A DNA stretch of 64,000 bases, from IMG/VR virus record IMGVR_UViG_3300012953_000015, positions 32,001 to 96,000 of that record; one strand, given 5' to 3'. Positions within the stretch are counted from its first letter, which is position 1, and every line of letters begins with the position of its first letter. A program made the translations under genes and the position numbers. Source of the DNA: a virus. Shown one piece after another: positions 31,554-39,678 of this stretch. The notes beneath the pieces were generated by a model. It was not told the origin of the DNA. It saw only the letters and a program-made list of their open reading frames with translations, and searched no databases.

Positions 31554-33164
31554 ATGTCAAATAATTTATATGCAGAAGCTATTGCCGAAGCTAAACAGCT
31601 AAGAGAGATGGCAGAGCAAAATGCAAAAAACAAAATAATAGAGGCAGTTACCCCAAGAATTAAGGCTCTTATAGAGGCTCAAATCATGGGCGAACAAGAT
31701 GAACCTTCGGATGATGACGTTACAGGCGTTGACATTGCGATGATGTCTGATGATACAGAAGCAGAAGAAGATTCTCTTGAGTTGCCTACTGATGAACTTA
31801 TACAACCTGATGAACTCGAAAGCGAGACGGAATCTGAAAATACGTCCGTGGTAGTTAATGCATCAGGCGATGTTAATATATCCGTTGCTGAAGGTCGTGG
31901 TGTAAATCACGGATTGAGCAAAAATACTCGTTCAACCACGCTGTCTGGCAAAGTAAATCTTACAGAAAATATAAATTCGGTAAGACGTCGGGCGAAAAGG
32001 ATGGATGCTATGCTTCAAGGCCTCCAGTTCAATAAGCTAAACGAAATGCAACGGAAACTGATAAAAAAAGCATATCAGGAATTGCTTTCTGAAGCTTTGT
32101 TGATGAAGAGGCTGCTCCTAAAGGAGGGAGCAGAAGACCAATTGACTACTTCTTATAAACAAATGATAAAGGAGATTAAGAACATGACAAGAAGAAGCAG
32201 TACCATCTTCCGCCGACTATTTGAAATCGATGAAATGGCAGATGAGATGGACAAAGACGAATTAGACATGGCCGATGATGAAGGAGCCATGAGAGAAGAA
32301 GATGAAGAGGGTGGAGACGAAGCTGGTGGAGACGTTGATGTCGATGCTGCTAGTTCTGCTCTTGAAGACCTAGGTTCAGCATTAGGGCTTGACGTTGAGA
32401 TCGAAGAAGGTGGAGACGACGAGGGTGATGATGAAGGCGATGACGAAGAAGAAATCGACCTAGGTGAATACGATGAAACTTCGCATGATGAGGAAGACGA
32501 AGGCGCTATGCGTGAGTCTGATGAAGATGACGAAGAAGATGAGATGAAAGAAGCTGATGAAGTTTTTGAAATTGACGAAGGTATCCTTCGACGCGAGATC
32601 AAGAGACTTCGACGACTTCGAGAAGCTGAAGGCGTAGACGCAGCCGCACTTGATGATTTCGGTGGTGGTGATGCTGAAGGCGACATGTTCGTTGACGTTG
32701 ATGAGGATGACCTGATTAATGCTCTTGCTGATGAACTTGGCGATGCACCAGTTCCAACAGTCGAATCACGCCGTCGCAGAAGGGCTACTCGCCGCGCAAC
32801 AGCTCAGAACAGAAAATTACAGAATGAGAATAGAAAGTTGAAGAAGCAGCTTTCTGAGATGAACCTTTTTAACGCAAAGCTTTTATATGTGAATAAGTTG
32901 ATGCAGAATCGTAATGTGACACAAAAGCAACAGCGTGCCATTGTCGAGGCGCTTGATAATGCCAAGACCATTAGAGAGGCCAAGTTCCTTTATCAGGGGC
33001 TAGCCAAGTCTTTAGTTAAGCGTACTACTCGTACTATGAACGAGTCAGCAAACAGTCGTAAATTGCTTTCTTCAGCTAGCAAGTCTACTCGAAGCGGCTC
33101 CGCCGCTATCAATGAGGATACAGTCGCTGCAAGATGGGCAACCTTGGCTGGCATTAGAAAATAA
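31554..33164 (+). CDS. Prohead scaffold/core protein (T4 gp22 analogue)
   Basis: Immediately upstream of the capsid gene; coiled coils, long D/E tract, many hydrophobic-x-E sites; C-terminal RWATLAGI. Confidence 0.8.
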   Translation: MSNNLYAEAIAEAKQLREMAEQNAKNKIIEAVTPRIKALIEAQIMGEQDEPSDDDVTGVDIAMMSDDTEAEEDSLELPTDELIQPDELESETESENTSVVVNASGDVNISVAEGRGVNHGLSKNTRSTTLSGKVNLTENINSVRRRAKRMDAMLQGLQFNKLNEMQRKLIKKAYQELLSEALLMKRLLLKEGAEDQLTTSYKQMIKEIKNMTRRSSTIFRRLFEIDEMADEMDKDELDMADDEGAMREEDEEGGDEAGGDVDVDAASSALEDLGSALGLDVEIEEGGDDEGDDEGDDEEEIDLGEYDETSHDEEDEGAMRESDEDDEEDEMKEADEVFEIDEGILRREIKRLRRLREAEGVDAAALDDFGGGDAEGDMFVDVDEDDLINALADELGDAPVPTVESRRRRRATRRATAQNRKLQNENRKLKKQLSEMNLFNAKLLYVNKLMQNRNVTQKQQRAIVEALDNAKTIREAKFLYQGLAKSLVKRTTRTMNESANSRKLLSSASKSTRSGSAAINEDTVAARWATLAGIRK

Positions 33165-33194
33165 TCAACTAATTTATATTTAAGGAGAAAACAA

Positions 33195-35168
33195 ATGAGT
33201 TTTTCATTAAGTCAGTTGACGGAAGGTATCAAGGCACGTAATGTTGGCCAGGGTAACCGTCGACTGTTAGAAAAGTGGGGTCGTACTGGCCTCCTTCGCG
33301 GCCTCGAAGGCACACATCGCGAAAACATGGCCACCCTCCTGGAAAACCAGGCTGGGCAGGTCCTTCGAGAGGCTTCATCTCTCGGTGGTGACGGCGCTGG
33401 ATCTGATATCCGTGGTTTCACCAACATCGCATTCCCAATCGTTCGTCGTGTATTCGGTGGATTGATTGCTAACGAGCTTGTGTCAATCCAGCCGATGAGC
33501 CTTCCTTCTGGTCTGCTCTTCTACCTCGATTACACATACGGTACCGACGTCGGTGGTGACATCGGAACATCTGAGGCTGCATACAGCAAGGGTGATTCGA
33601 TCTACGGTTCACCTGTTAACCCGGGTCGTGGCAACGATGGCGCTGACGCTGTAGGCGGTCAGTATGACTTAGCTGGTACTGGTTATTCAAAGGCACGAGT
33701 TGAAAAGGAAGCAGTTCAGCTTCCAGAAACAGCTCTTAACGCGGGTGGTGGTACTCAGCAGGCTGCTGCATTACTCAAGCTTGGTGCTTTTGGAGCTAAT
33801 GATGCATGGTCAGGTAAGCCTACTGGTGCCAATAAGCCAGCTCTTTTGACGGCTTCTGGTCAGGACTTACGTCTCGTAGACTTCGATCCACAGATTATCG
33901 CTGAGATTGAAGCTGGCGAAGAGTATGCTGCTCTTTTTATCCCATGGTCAACAGGAAACTTTCCTAACTTTGACGCAAGACAGGTTAAAGAGATTACCAT
34001 CAACGCAACTCAGGTTACCGGTTTCGGTGCAGTTCCTGCAACAATCCAGGGTGGTTCTGCAGTTGCTAACGTTAAGCGTTTGAACAGGATTGTCAAGTCT
34101 GATGCAAATGCCGCTCCATTTTCTGGTAAGTCGAGTGCACCAGCAACTGAAGGTGCAGCCGGTCCTATCGATATGGCAGCCGCCGCAGCTACTCACTTCT
34201 TGCTCATGGTCGTTAAGATCAGCGGTACAGTTGCTAATAACCAGCTCACATCTGCTGATACAGCAGCAACTGTCTCGGTTATAGACGTCAGTGGTGTTAA
34301 GGGAGCTACTACAAGCGCTGATGACCTTTCAACAGTTGTTTCACCAGCTTTTGAGTCAGACTTCGCAATCGATGCTGGTGACATTCCAGAGATTGACATC
34401 AAGATTGAGTCAGTATCTGTTGTTGCTCAGACCCGTAAGTTACGCGCTAAGTGGTCACCAGAACTCGCACAGGACTTGAATGCATACCACAGCCTTGACG
34501 CTGAGGTTGAGCTTACTCAGATTCTTTCTGAGCAGGTTGCACTCGAGATTGACCGTGAGATTCTTGGAGACCTTCTCGGAGAGGCTGGCGCAGCTAACTT
34601 CTTCTGGAGCCGTTCACCTGGTAACTTCGTTAACAAGAGAACTGGTGCTGCTATTTCTCGTGGTTCTTCACTTCGCCCTGGACCAGCTTTCACTGGTACA
34701 GTTCGTGAGTGGTATGAGACTCTCGTTGAGACCATCATCGATGTTTCCAATGAGATTCACAGAAAGACGCTCCGTGGTTCTGGTAACTTCATGGTTGTTA
34801 GCCCTGAGGTTGCTACCGTTCTTGAAGCTAGCGTTCTTTACAAGCCAGCTCTTTCCCTCGATGGTGAAGGCCAGGTTGCAATGCCAATGGCTCTTGGAGC
34901 TGAGAAGGTTGGTACCCTTTCAAGCCGTTTCACGGTTTACAAGGACCCATACTTTCCTCGTAACAAGATCCTTGTTGGATTCAAGGGCAGCAGCTACTTA
35001 GAGACAGGATATGTTTACGCTCCGTACGTACCATTGATCGTCACTCCAACTATTTTTGCTCCAGAGGATTTCACCCCAAGAAAGGGTGTCATGACTCGTT
35101 ACGGTAAGAAGATGGTTCGTGCTGACTTCTACGGTACTGTTACATGCTTAGACATGGACATTATCTAA
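33195..35168 (+). CDS. Major capsid protein (T4 gp23-like) with large insertion
   Basis: PIVRRVF...IQPMSLPSGLLFYL, TRKLRAKWSPELAQDLNAYH, EIDREI, GYVYAPYVPL, PRKGVMTRYG; codon bias typical of a highly expressed gene. Confidence 0.97.
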   Translation: MSFSLSQLTEGIKARNVGQGNRRLLEKWGRTGLLRGLEGTHRENMATLLENQAGQVLREASSLGGDGAGSDIRGFTNIAFPIVRRVFGGLIANELVSIQPMSLPSGLLFYLDYTYGTDVGGDIGTSEAAYSKGDSIYGSPVNPGRGNDGADAVGGQYDLAGTGYSKARVEKEAVQLPETALNAGGGTQQAAALLKLGAFGANDAWSGKPTGANKPALLTASGQDLRLVDFDPQIIAEIEAGEEYAALFIPWSTGNFPNFDARQVKEITINATQVTGFGAVPATIQGGSAVANVKRLNRIVKSDANAAPFSGKSSAPATEGAAGPIDMAAAAATHFLLMVVKISGTVANNQLTSADTAATVSVIDVSGVKGATTSADDLSTVVSPAFESDFAIDAGDIPEIDIKIESVSVVAQTRKLRAKWSPELAQDLNAYHSLDAEVELTQILSEQVALEIDREILGDLLGEAGAANFFWSRSPGNFVNKRTGAAISRGSSLRPGPAFTGTVREWYETLVETIIDVSNEIHRKTLRGSGNFMVVSPEVATVLEASVLYKPALSLDGEGQVAMPMALGAEKVGTLSSRFTVYKDPYFPRNKILVGFKGSSYLETGYVYAPYVPLIVTPTIFAPEDFTPRKGVMTRYGKKMVRADFYGTVTCLDMDII

Positions 35169-35191
35169 TAGAGTTATAATACTCTAAGATT

Positions 35192-35222
35192 AAAGGGAGG
35201 CCTTTGGCCTCCCTTTTTTTTT
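35192..35222 (+). terminator. Rho-independent terminator after the capsid gene
   Basis: AAAGGGAGGCC-TTT-GGCCTCCCTTT continuing into a T tract. Confidence 0.9.
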
Positions 35223-35241
35223 ACTTTATTGATTCTCTAAT

Positions 35242-35248
35242 ATATTTA
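35242..35248 (+). promoter_or_regulatory. Putative late promoter motif ATAWTTA
   Basis: ATATTTA just downstream of the capsid terminator, 38 nt before ATG 35280. Confidence 0.55.
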
Positions 35249-35279
35249 ATAAATGATTTAGCCAATTTTGGGAGGATAA

Positions 35280-36842
35280 ATGAAACTCACTGAACTCTAC
35301 GGATACAAACCTCGAAAGAATAATAAGTTAAAAGAAAACAAAAAGCGCCTTAGCTTAGTTAATTTGCTATTTGAAGACGAATCTTTGAAGAAGCAAATCA
35401 AAGCTGTTGATGCTAAGCCAATTACGCTTGTTGTTCTTTACGGCCCTCCTGCTGCCGGTAAAGGAGCTGCTAAGAAAGCTATTGGCGACTTTATTGGATC
35501 AAATGACGAGCAAAATTTTGAAGACTATCTAGACACCCTCACCGATGACGGCGCTTCGCAATTTCAAGAAGAAGATGCCGCAATGACTGATGTCACTAGC
35601 AAAGCTTTAGCTCCCGCAGTTTATAATGAGATTGAAGCAAGAGTCGACAAAGGCGAGTCTTTCGAAGACGTTATTGGTGATTATTTCCATGTTAACGAAA
35701 AGGGAGTTAAGTTTGAACTTAGTTCTATTCTCAGTAAGTCAGCTTTCGAAAAGATCAAAGATGGAGGTGGTTCAGACGAGTTTGCTAAATTCCCAAACAC
35801 AAAAGCATTCTTTACGCAAGCTCGCGGGTTCTCAAAGACCATCGACGGTTTAAGCGATGACATCAATAAGATGCTCGGACCAAATGATGGTAACCCGACT
35901 TTAGGCTTGAGAGCTGGCGCTGCCGCTCGCTACCTTGGGGATATCAAGAAAGAAATGATGTCGATGATGTCTGGCGTTAAAGAAGTTGGTTCAACTGCTT
36001 ACGCTAGCGTCTATCTTGCTGATCAAGCAGGAGAGTCAACAGCAAATACAGATCGAATATCACAGCTTGGCAAATTAAAGGGTGATGAAGATTTTGCAGG
36101 TTTAAAGATCATTGGTATCTATATCCATCAACCAGCTGACAGAACTCGTATAGCAAACCTCCACAGAGCCTCAACAGGTGGCCGACGAGTAGCTCAATCA
36201 GAAGTTGACCGCATCTTTGCCGCTAGTCCTGAAATTGATGCTAATGGAAACATTACTAAAAAAGGCCCGGCACTTGAAGCCATGGAATCAGCTGGATTTG
36301 ATCAAATCCACTTATACTATCCACCTAATCCGTTTGATCCCGAAGGTGTTAAAGTTGATGGCCAAGAAATCGGTAACGCGATTTGCGAGCCACTTGGTTC
36401 TGGAAAAGGTCATTTAGACATTGAGGGCTGCGAAGATGAAGCGGATGGGCCAAAAACAGGCGCGCGGTCCCTTGCCGGTATGGAAAAATACGCAGCAAAG
36501 AGAGCTAACGTAGATGACGAACGAGTTGAGAAAGCTGGTGGTGGTTTACCTGATGATCTTTCTAACGAAGAAAAAGAGAAAGTTGTTGCCGCATTTGAGA
36601 AGATGAAGTTTAGTGGAGTATCTGTAGCCGATTTAGATAAATACATGAGCAAGATTAAACCACCAAAGATTCGTGGAGCAACGAAGCATGGTCAAGTCCC
36701 ATGGAAAGATGATCTTTTTGGTGATGGCACCAACCCAACCGAAAAAGTGACAATAAAAGATGAGTCAGCTAGAACTCGTAAGACAAAAGGCGATGTTCTC
36801 CTCGAACGTTGGTTGAAGAACGCTGGTCTATTAAACGATTAA
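35280..36842 (+). CDS. P-loop kinase-like protein (Zeta-toxin/AAA_33-like), putatively head-packaged
   Basis: LVVLYGPPAAGKG Walker A; IYIHQP...NLHRASTGGRRVAQSEV lid-like motif; terminal extensions resemble head-protein motifs. Confidence 0.65.
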   Translation: MKLTELYGYKPRKNNKLKENKKRLSLVNLLFEDESLKKQIKAVDAKPITLVVLYGPPAAGKGAAKKAIGDFIGSNDEQNFEDYLDTLTDDGASQFQEEDAAMTDVTSKALAPAVYNEIEARVDKGESFEDVIGDYFHVNEKGVKFELSSILSKSAFEKIKDGGGSDEFAKFPNTKAFFTQARGFSKTIDGLSDDINKMLGPNDGNPTLGLRAGAAARYLGDIKKEMMSMMSGVKEVGSTAYASVYLADQAGESTANTDRISQLGKLKGDEDFAGLKIIGIYIHQPADRTRIANLHRASTGGRRVAQSEVDRIFAASPEIDANGNITKKGPALEAMESAGFDQIHLYYPPNPFDPEGVKVDGQEIGNAICEPLGSGKGHLDIEGCEDEADGPKTGARSLAGMEKYAAKRANVDDERVEKAGGGLPDDLSNEEKEKVVAAFEKMKFSGVSVADLDKYMSKIKPPKIRGATKHGQVPWKDDLFGDGTNPTEKVTIKDESARTRKTKGDVLLERWLKNAGLLND

Positions 36843-36899
36843 CACAAGTTTAATTACTATTATACTTCTAATTGAAAAGTCATCAGAGGAGTATTTAAT

Positions 36900-37196
36900 A
36901 TGGCTACAACAAGGACAAAAAAAACAGCTGGAGCTTCAAAGCCAGCTGCGACGAAGACTGCTGCTAAACCAGCCCCGGCAAAGAATGCTGAATTAGACAA
37001 ACTCTCAAAGAGGGTTACTCAACTTGAAAAGCAAGTTGCAGCCCTAGAATCAGCCCCAGCCCCAGTTGCAACCGACAAGGGTTTAAGGCAAGAATTAGTA
37101 AACTTGCGTAATCAATTTCAGCAAGTTGCCACTATATTGCATGAACAAACCGACTCAAGGGTTGTTTCGAAATTAATAAGGCGCCTTTTTCAGTAG
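36900..37196 (+). CDS. Small protein with Lys/Ala/Thr-rich basic N-terminus and coiled coil
   Basis: ATTRTKKTAGASKPAATKTAAKPAPAK followed by heptad repeats; GAGGAG SD. Confidence 0.65.
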   Translation: MATTRTKKTAGASKPAATKTAAKPAPAKNAELDKLSKRVTQLEKQVAALESAPAPVATDKGLRQELVNLRNQFQQVATILHEQTDSRVVSKLIRRLFQ

Positions 37197-37224
37197 GTTT
37201 TTTTTGTAAATTCAATCTCTCTCT

Positions 37225-37231
37225 ATAATTA
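37225..37231 (+). promoter_or_regulatory. Putative late promoter motif for leader RNA copy 1
   Basis: ATAATTA within the duplicated block GTAAATTCAAT...TCTATAATTATTA. Confidence 0.6.
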
Positions 37232-37236
37232 TTAAC

Positions 37237-37309
37237 AGGCCCGGTCCATTATAATCACTTGACACCCACGAGGGATCGGAATCATTGGGAGCAAAGGAGA
37301 AAGATTATG
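37237..37309 (+). ncRNA. Structured 5' leader RNA, copy 1 (predicted nested double pseudoknot)
   Basis: Four helices covary with copy 2: 37241-47/37273-79, 37252-56/37303-07, 37258-61/37269-72 and 37265-68/37286-89. Confidence 0.8.
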
Positions 37310-37885
37310 CCAAAAGTAACGCTTACTGCCGCGAAAGGACTTGTGCAAGAGACAGGTAGCGGCACAATTTCAACCCCTATGGGGATTATCGCACCGCAAC
37401 TAAATAAGACAGCTGTTGCCGGTGGAGGTGCTTTCGCCCCCTTGGCGCTTGTAGCAAATACTCACTACTTGGTAGGAGGCTCACTAAATAACTCAGCACT
37501 CACTGTACCCGCTGGTTCCCCAGGAGACGTTATTATTATTGAGCACACAACCGAAACCGCTGGTGAGCTTACAGTTGCTAACGGGCAAGCTGTTTCTATA
37601 ACTTGCGATGCATCTCAAGTTTCTTTTTCTGCGAACAGTTCTCTAAAAGCGATCGTAACCGCTGCGACAAACGGAGCTGCTCTTCTTGGCATGGCTCTTG
37701 ATGCTATCACTGCGAATGGCACCAACGACAATGTTTTAACCTTGACCGGTGCCACCAATGCCGGTCCTGGAATGGGTACTTACATTTGTTTGACAAGAGA
37801 GGCGACTCTTTGGCGTATTGAGGGTTGGATCTGGGGCTCAGGCGCTCAGACCGGTAACGCACTTGCAACGGCTGCATTTAGCTGA
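37307..37885 (+). CDS. Decoration/head-fibre-like protein, paralogue 1
   Basis: Start moved to ATG 37307 (AGGAG SD at 37295-99); N-terminus MPKVTLTAAKGLVQETGSG is shared with the next two genes; Gly/Ala/Thr-rich. Confidence 0.6.
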   Translation: MPKVTLTAAKGLVQETGSGTISTPMGIIAPQLNKTAVAGGGAFAPLALVANTHYLVGGSLNNSALTVPAGSPGDVIIIEHTTETAGELTVANGQAVSITCDASQVSFSANSSLKAIVTAATNGAALLGMALDAITANGTNDNVLTLTGATNAGPGMGTYICLTREATLWRIEGWIWGSGAQTGNALATAAFS

Positions 37886-37910
37886 TACCTAAAATAAGAC
37901 AAACTTTGTT

Positions 37911-37937
37911 AAACCGCGCCTAGACGGCGCGGTTTTT
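37911..37937 (+). terminator. Rho-independent terminator
   Basis: AAACCGCGCC-TAGAC-GGCGCGGTTTTT. Confidence 0.85.
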
Positions 37938-37963
37938 ATTTATTGTAAATTCAATATTTATCT

Positions 37964-37970
37964 ATAATTA
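37964..37970 (+). promoter_or_regulatory. Putative late promoter motif for leader RNA copy 2
   Basis: ATAATTA at the same offset (+739) as in copy 1. Confidence 0.6.
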
Positions 37971-37975
37971 TTAGT

Positions 37976-38048
37976 AGGCCCGCATCATTTTGATCAGCTG
38001 ACCCTGCCAGCGATGTGGAATCTTGCAGACAAAAGGAGAAAGATCATG
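37976..38048 (+). ncRNA. Structured 5' leader RNA, copy 2
   Basis: Helices 37980-86/38012-18, 37991-95/38042-46, 37997-38000/38008-11 and 38004-07/38025-28. Confidence 0.8.
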
Positions 38049-38441
38049 CCAAACGTAACTTATAGCGGTACACAGGGTATCGTTCAATCATCAGGTACTG
38101 GCGGTTTTACCGTTCAGGGAGTCGGGATCGCACTCGACGTTGAAACAATCACAGGCATTGCTGACGACAATACCACACTCAAGGCTTACGGAGTTTCTAA
38201 GGTTGCAACCGACAACAACGGTAACCGAGAAGTAACCGTTGAGAATCCAGTTGATGTAACTGGTGCAGCCGGCCAGACAAAGCTAATCGTTAAGACAGAC
38301 GGTAACAACGAGGTTGCAGTCAGGTCAGTTGCAACTAACGCAGCCGGCTTGGTTGGTGACAGCCTTAACAACGCTAACGATTATATCTTGTTGATGTGGA
38401 CTGGAACTGACTGGGTTTGCGTAGCGGATGCAACAGCATAA
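38046..38441 (+). CDS. Decoration/head-fibre-like protein, paralogue 2
   Basis: Start moved to ATG 38046 (AGGAG SD); N-terminus MPNVTYSGTQGIVQSSGTG; C-terminal DYILLMWTGTDWV. Confidence 0.6.
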   Translation: MPNVTYSGTQGIVQSSGTGGFTVQGVGIALDVETITGIADDNTTLKAYGVSKVATDNNGNREVTVENPVDVTGAAGQTKLIVKTDGNNEVAVRSVATNAAGLVGDSLNNANDYILLMWTGTDWVCVADATA

Positions 38442-38458
38442 TAGGAGGTAAAGATTAA

Positions 38459-39601
38459 ATGGCTATTCAAGCAAAATATACTCCTACAGCAGGACTACAA
38501 CAAAATAAAGTTGTTGGTAAAATGACAGGTACTTTAGATCTTACCGCTGATGTTGTTTTAACAAATACGGGATTTGGAGAGGAAGCAAAAACTTTTACTT
38601 TGGAAGTAATTGCAGATGCTGCTAACCCGGGTGCCACAGTATTGGCAGCTTTTACCGGTACTCAATCTGCTGTTATTTTAACCATTACCCCAAACAATGG
38701 CGATAACAACGGAAACACTGACGTTGATCTCACAACAGCCCAAATTGCTGAGCTTATTAACTACGGATCAGTTGATGGCGTGGATGTAACATTAACAGAT
38801 GACTTGGGATTGAGAACTTTGCAAAGTGCAGAGGGCGGTGGAGCTCAGCCGGTTGTAAATGCTGGTGAGGGCGATAGCGTAACTGCAACATTTTCTGGCA
38901 CTCACTTAACAGAATTTCATGTTTCAGGTGTTGGAGTCTCGTCAGACCTTGAGACAGTAACCGCGCAGCGAGTAACAATTCAAGCTGTTGCTTCTAATGA
39001 CAATGCTGCAGGAACTTCTTTTCGCCTTACTAACGGTGATGGAGTTGAAACAAGGTTTTTCGTACAGATAGCTGGCGCTCCTGCTCTACCATCTGGTCAT
39101 GTAGCTTTAAATGAGGATGCTGGTGAAAACGTAGCAAATACTGCCACAACTTTGGCGGGTCAAATTAATGCAGTATCAGGTTTCTCAGCTTCTGCTGATG
39201 GAGGCGGATTAATTACTGTTATAAATGATAAGACTGGAGTTTCAGCTCTACCTGTTCAAGGAACATCAACGCTAGTTATATCTGTAACAAAAGCAGGCTC
39301 TGGCACCAATGGTGGAGTTATTAAAACAACCGGCGTTACTATCATCGATGCTATCGCTAATACTGAAATGACTTTAGGGGATTTGACAGCTGCTCAAATT
39401 GGTACAATGAAGTTGATTAAGAGGGCTACTGCTGCTCAAGCAGGAGCTAACGCTGATGTAACGATTGCATCTCACGACGGTGGTGCCGCCGAAGAGAAGC
39501 GTTTTGGAGATGGTCAGCAAGCAACTTTGATCTGGCTAGGCACTCAATGGGCGGATATTGCTCGAGCTGGAGCAAATAGAAATTCTGCTACCGAACCTTA
39601 A
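38459..39601 (+). CDS. Decoration/head-fibre-like protein, paralogue 3 with two inserted domains
   Basis: AKYTPTAGLQQ start, FHVSGVGVSSDLETVT, QIGTMKLIK and ATLIWLGTQW align with paralogue 2. Confidence 0.6.
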   Translation: MAIQAKYTPTAGLQQNKVVGKMTGTLDLTADVVLTNTGFGEEAKTFTLEVIADAANPGATVLAAFTGTQSAVILTITPNNGDNNGNTDVDLTTAQIAELINYGSVDGVDVTLTDDLGLRTLQSAEGGGAQPVVNAGEGDSVTATFSGTHLTEFHVSGVGVSSDLETVTAQRVTIQAVASNDNAAGTSFRLTNGDGVETRFFVQIAGAPALPSGHVALNEDAGENVANTATTLAGQINAVSGFSASADGGGLITVINDKTGVSALPVQGTSTLVISVTKAGSGTNGGVIKTTGVTIIDAIANTEMTLGDLTAAQIGTMKLIKRATAAQAGANADVTIASHDGGAAEEKRFGDGQQATLIWLGTQWADIARAGANRNSATEP

Positions 39602-39627
39602 TTAGAAAATTTCTAATTTAATATCTT

Positions 39628-39678
39628 AAGACATTCTCACTTCTATTCCATATTTAGTTTAGGAGTGAGATATGTCTT
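39628..39678 (+). promoter_or_regulatory. SD/AUG-occluding hairpin with promoter motif in its loop
   Basis: 39628-45 pairs with 39660-78 (18 bp, one bulge, one G-U); loop contains ATATTTA at 39650-56. Confidence 0.7.

Noticed and set aside
32270-32560. Acidic repeats (DEGAMRE twice) in the scaffold
   Set aside because: Ordinary low-complexity scaffold sequence, not a DNA repeat element.
34480-35001. 173-aa alternative-frame ORF inside the capsid gene
   Set aside because: Leu-rich by-product of biased codon use; no evidence of initiation.
37259-38045. ORF-track starts at 37259 (TTG) and 38013 (ATG)
   Set aside because: Both lie inside the structured leaders without an SD. ATG 37307 and ATG 38046 have AGGAG and give homologous N-termini.
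37237-38048. Leader RNA as a canonical HDV/theta ribozyme, SAM-II/SAM-V riboswitch, twister or hammerhead
   Set aside because: It lacks G1 at the start of P1, the HDV L3 consensus and P4; it has no CUGAUGA core; and it has more helices than the simple H-type SAM-II/V fold. Only the topology resembles HDV.
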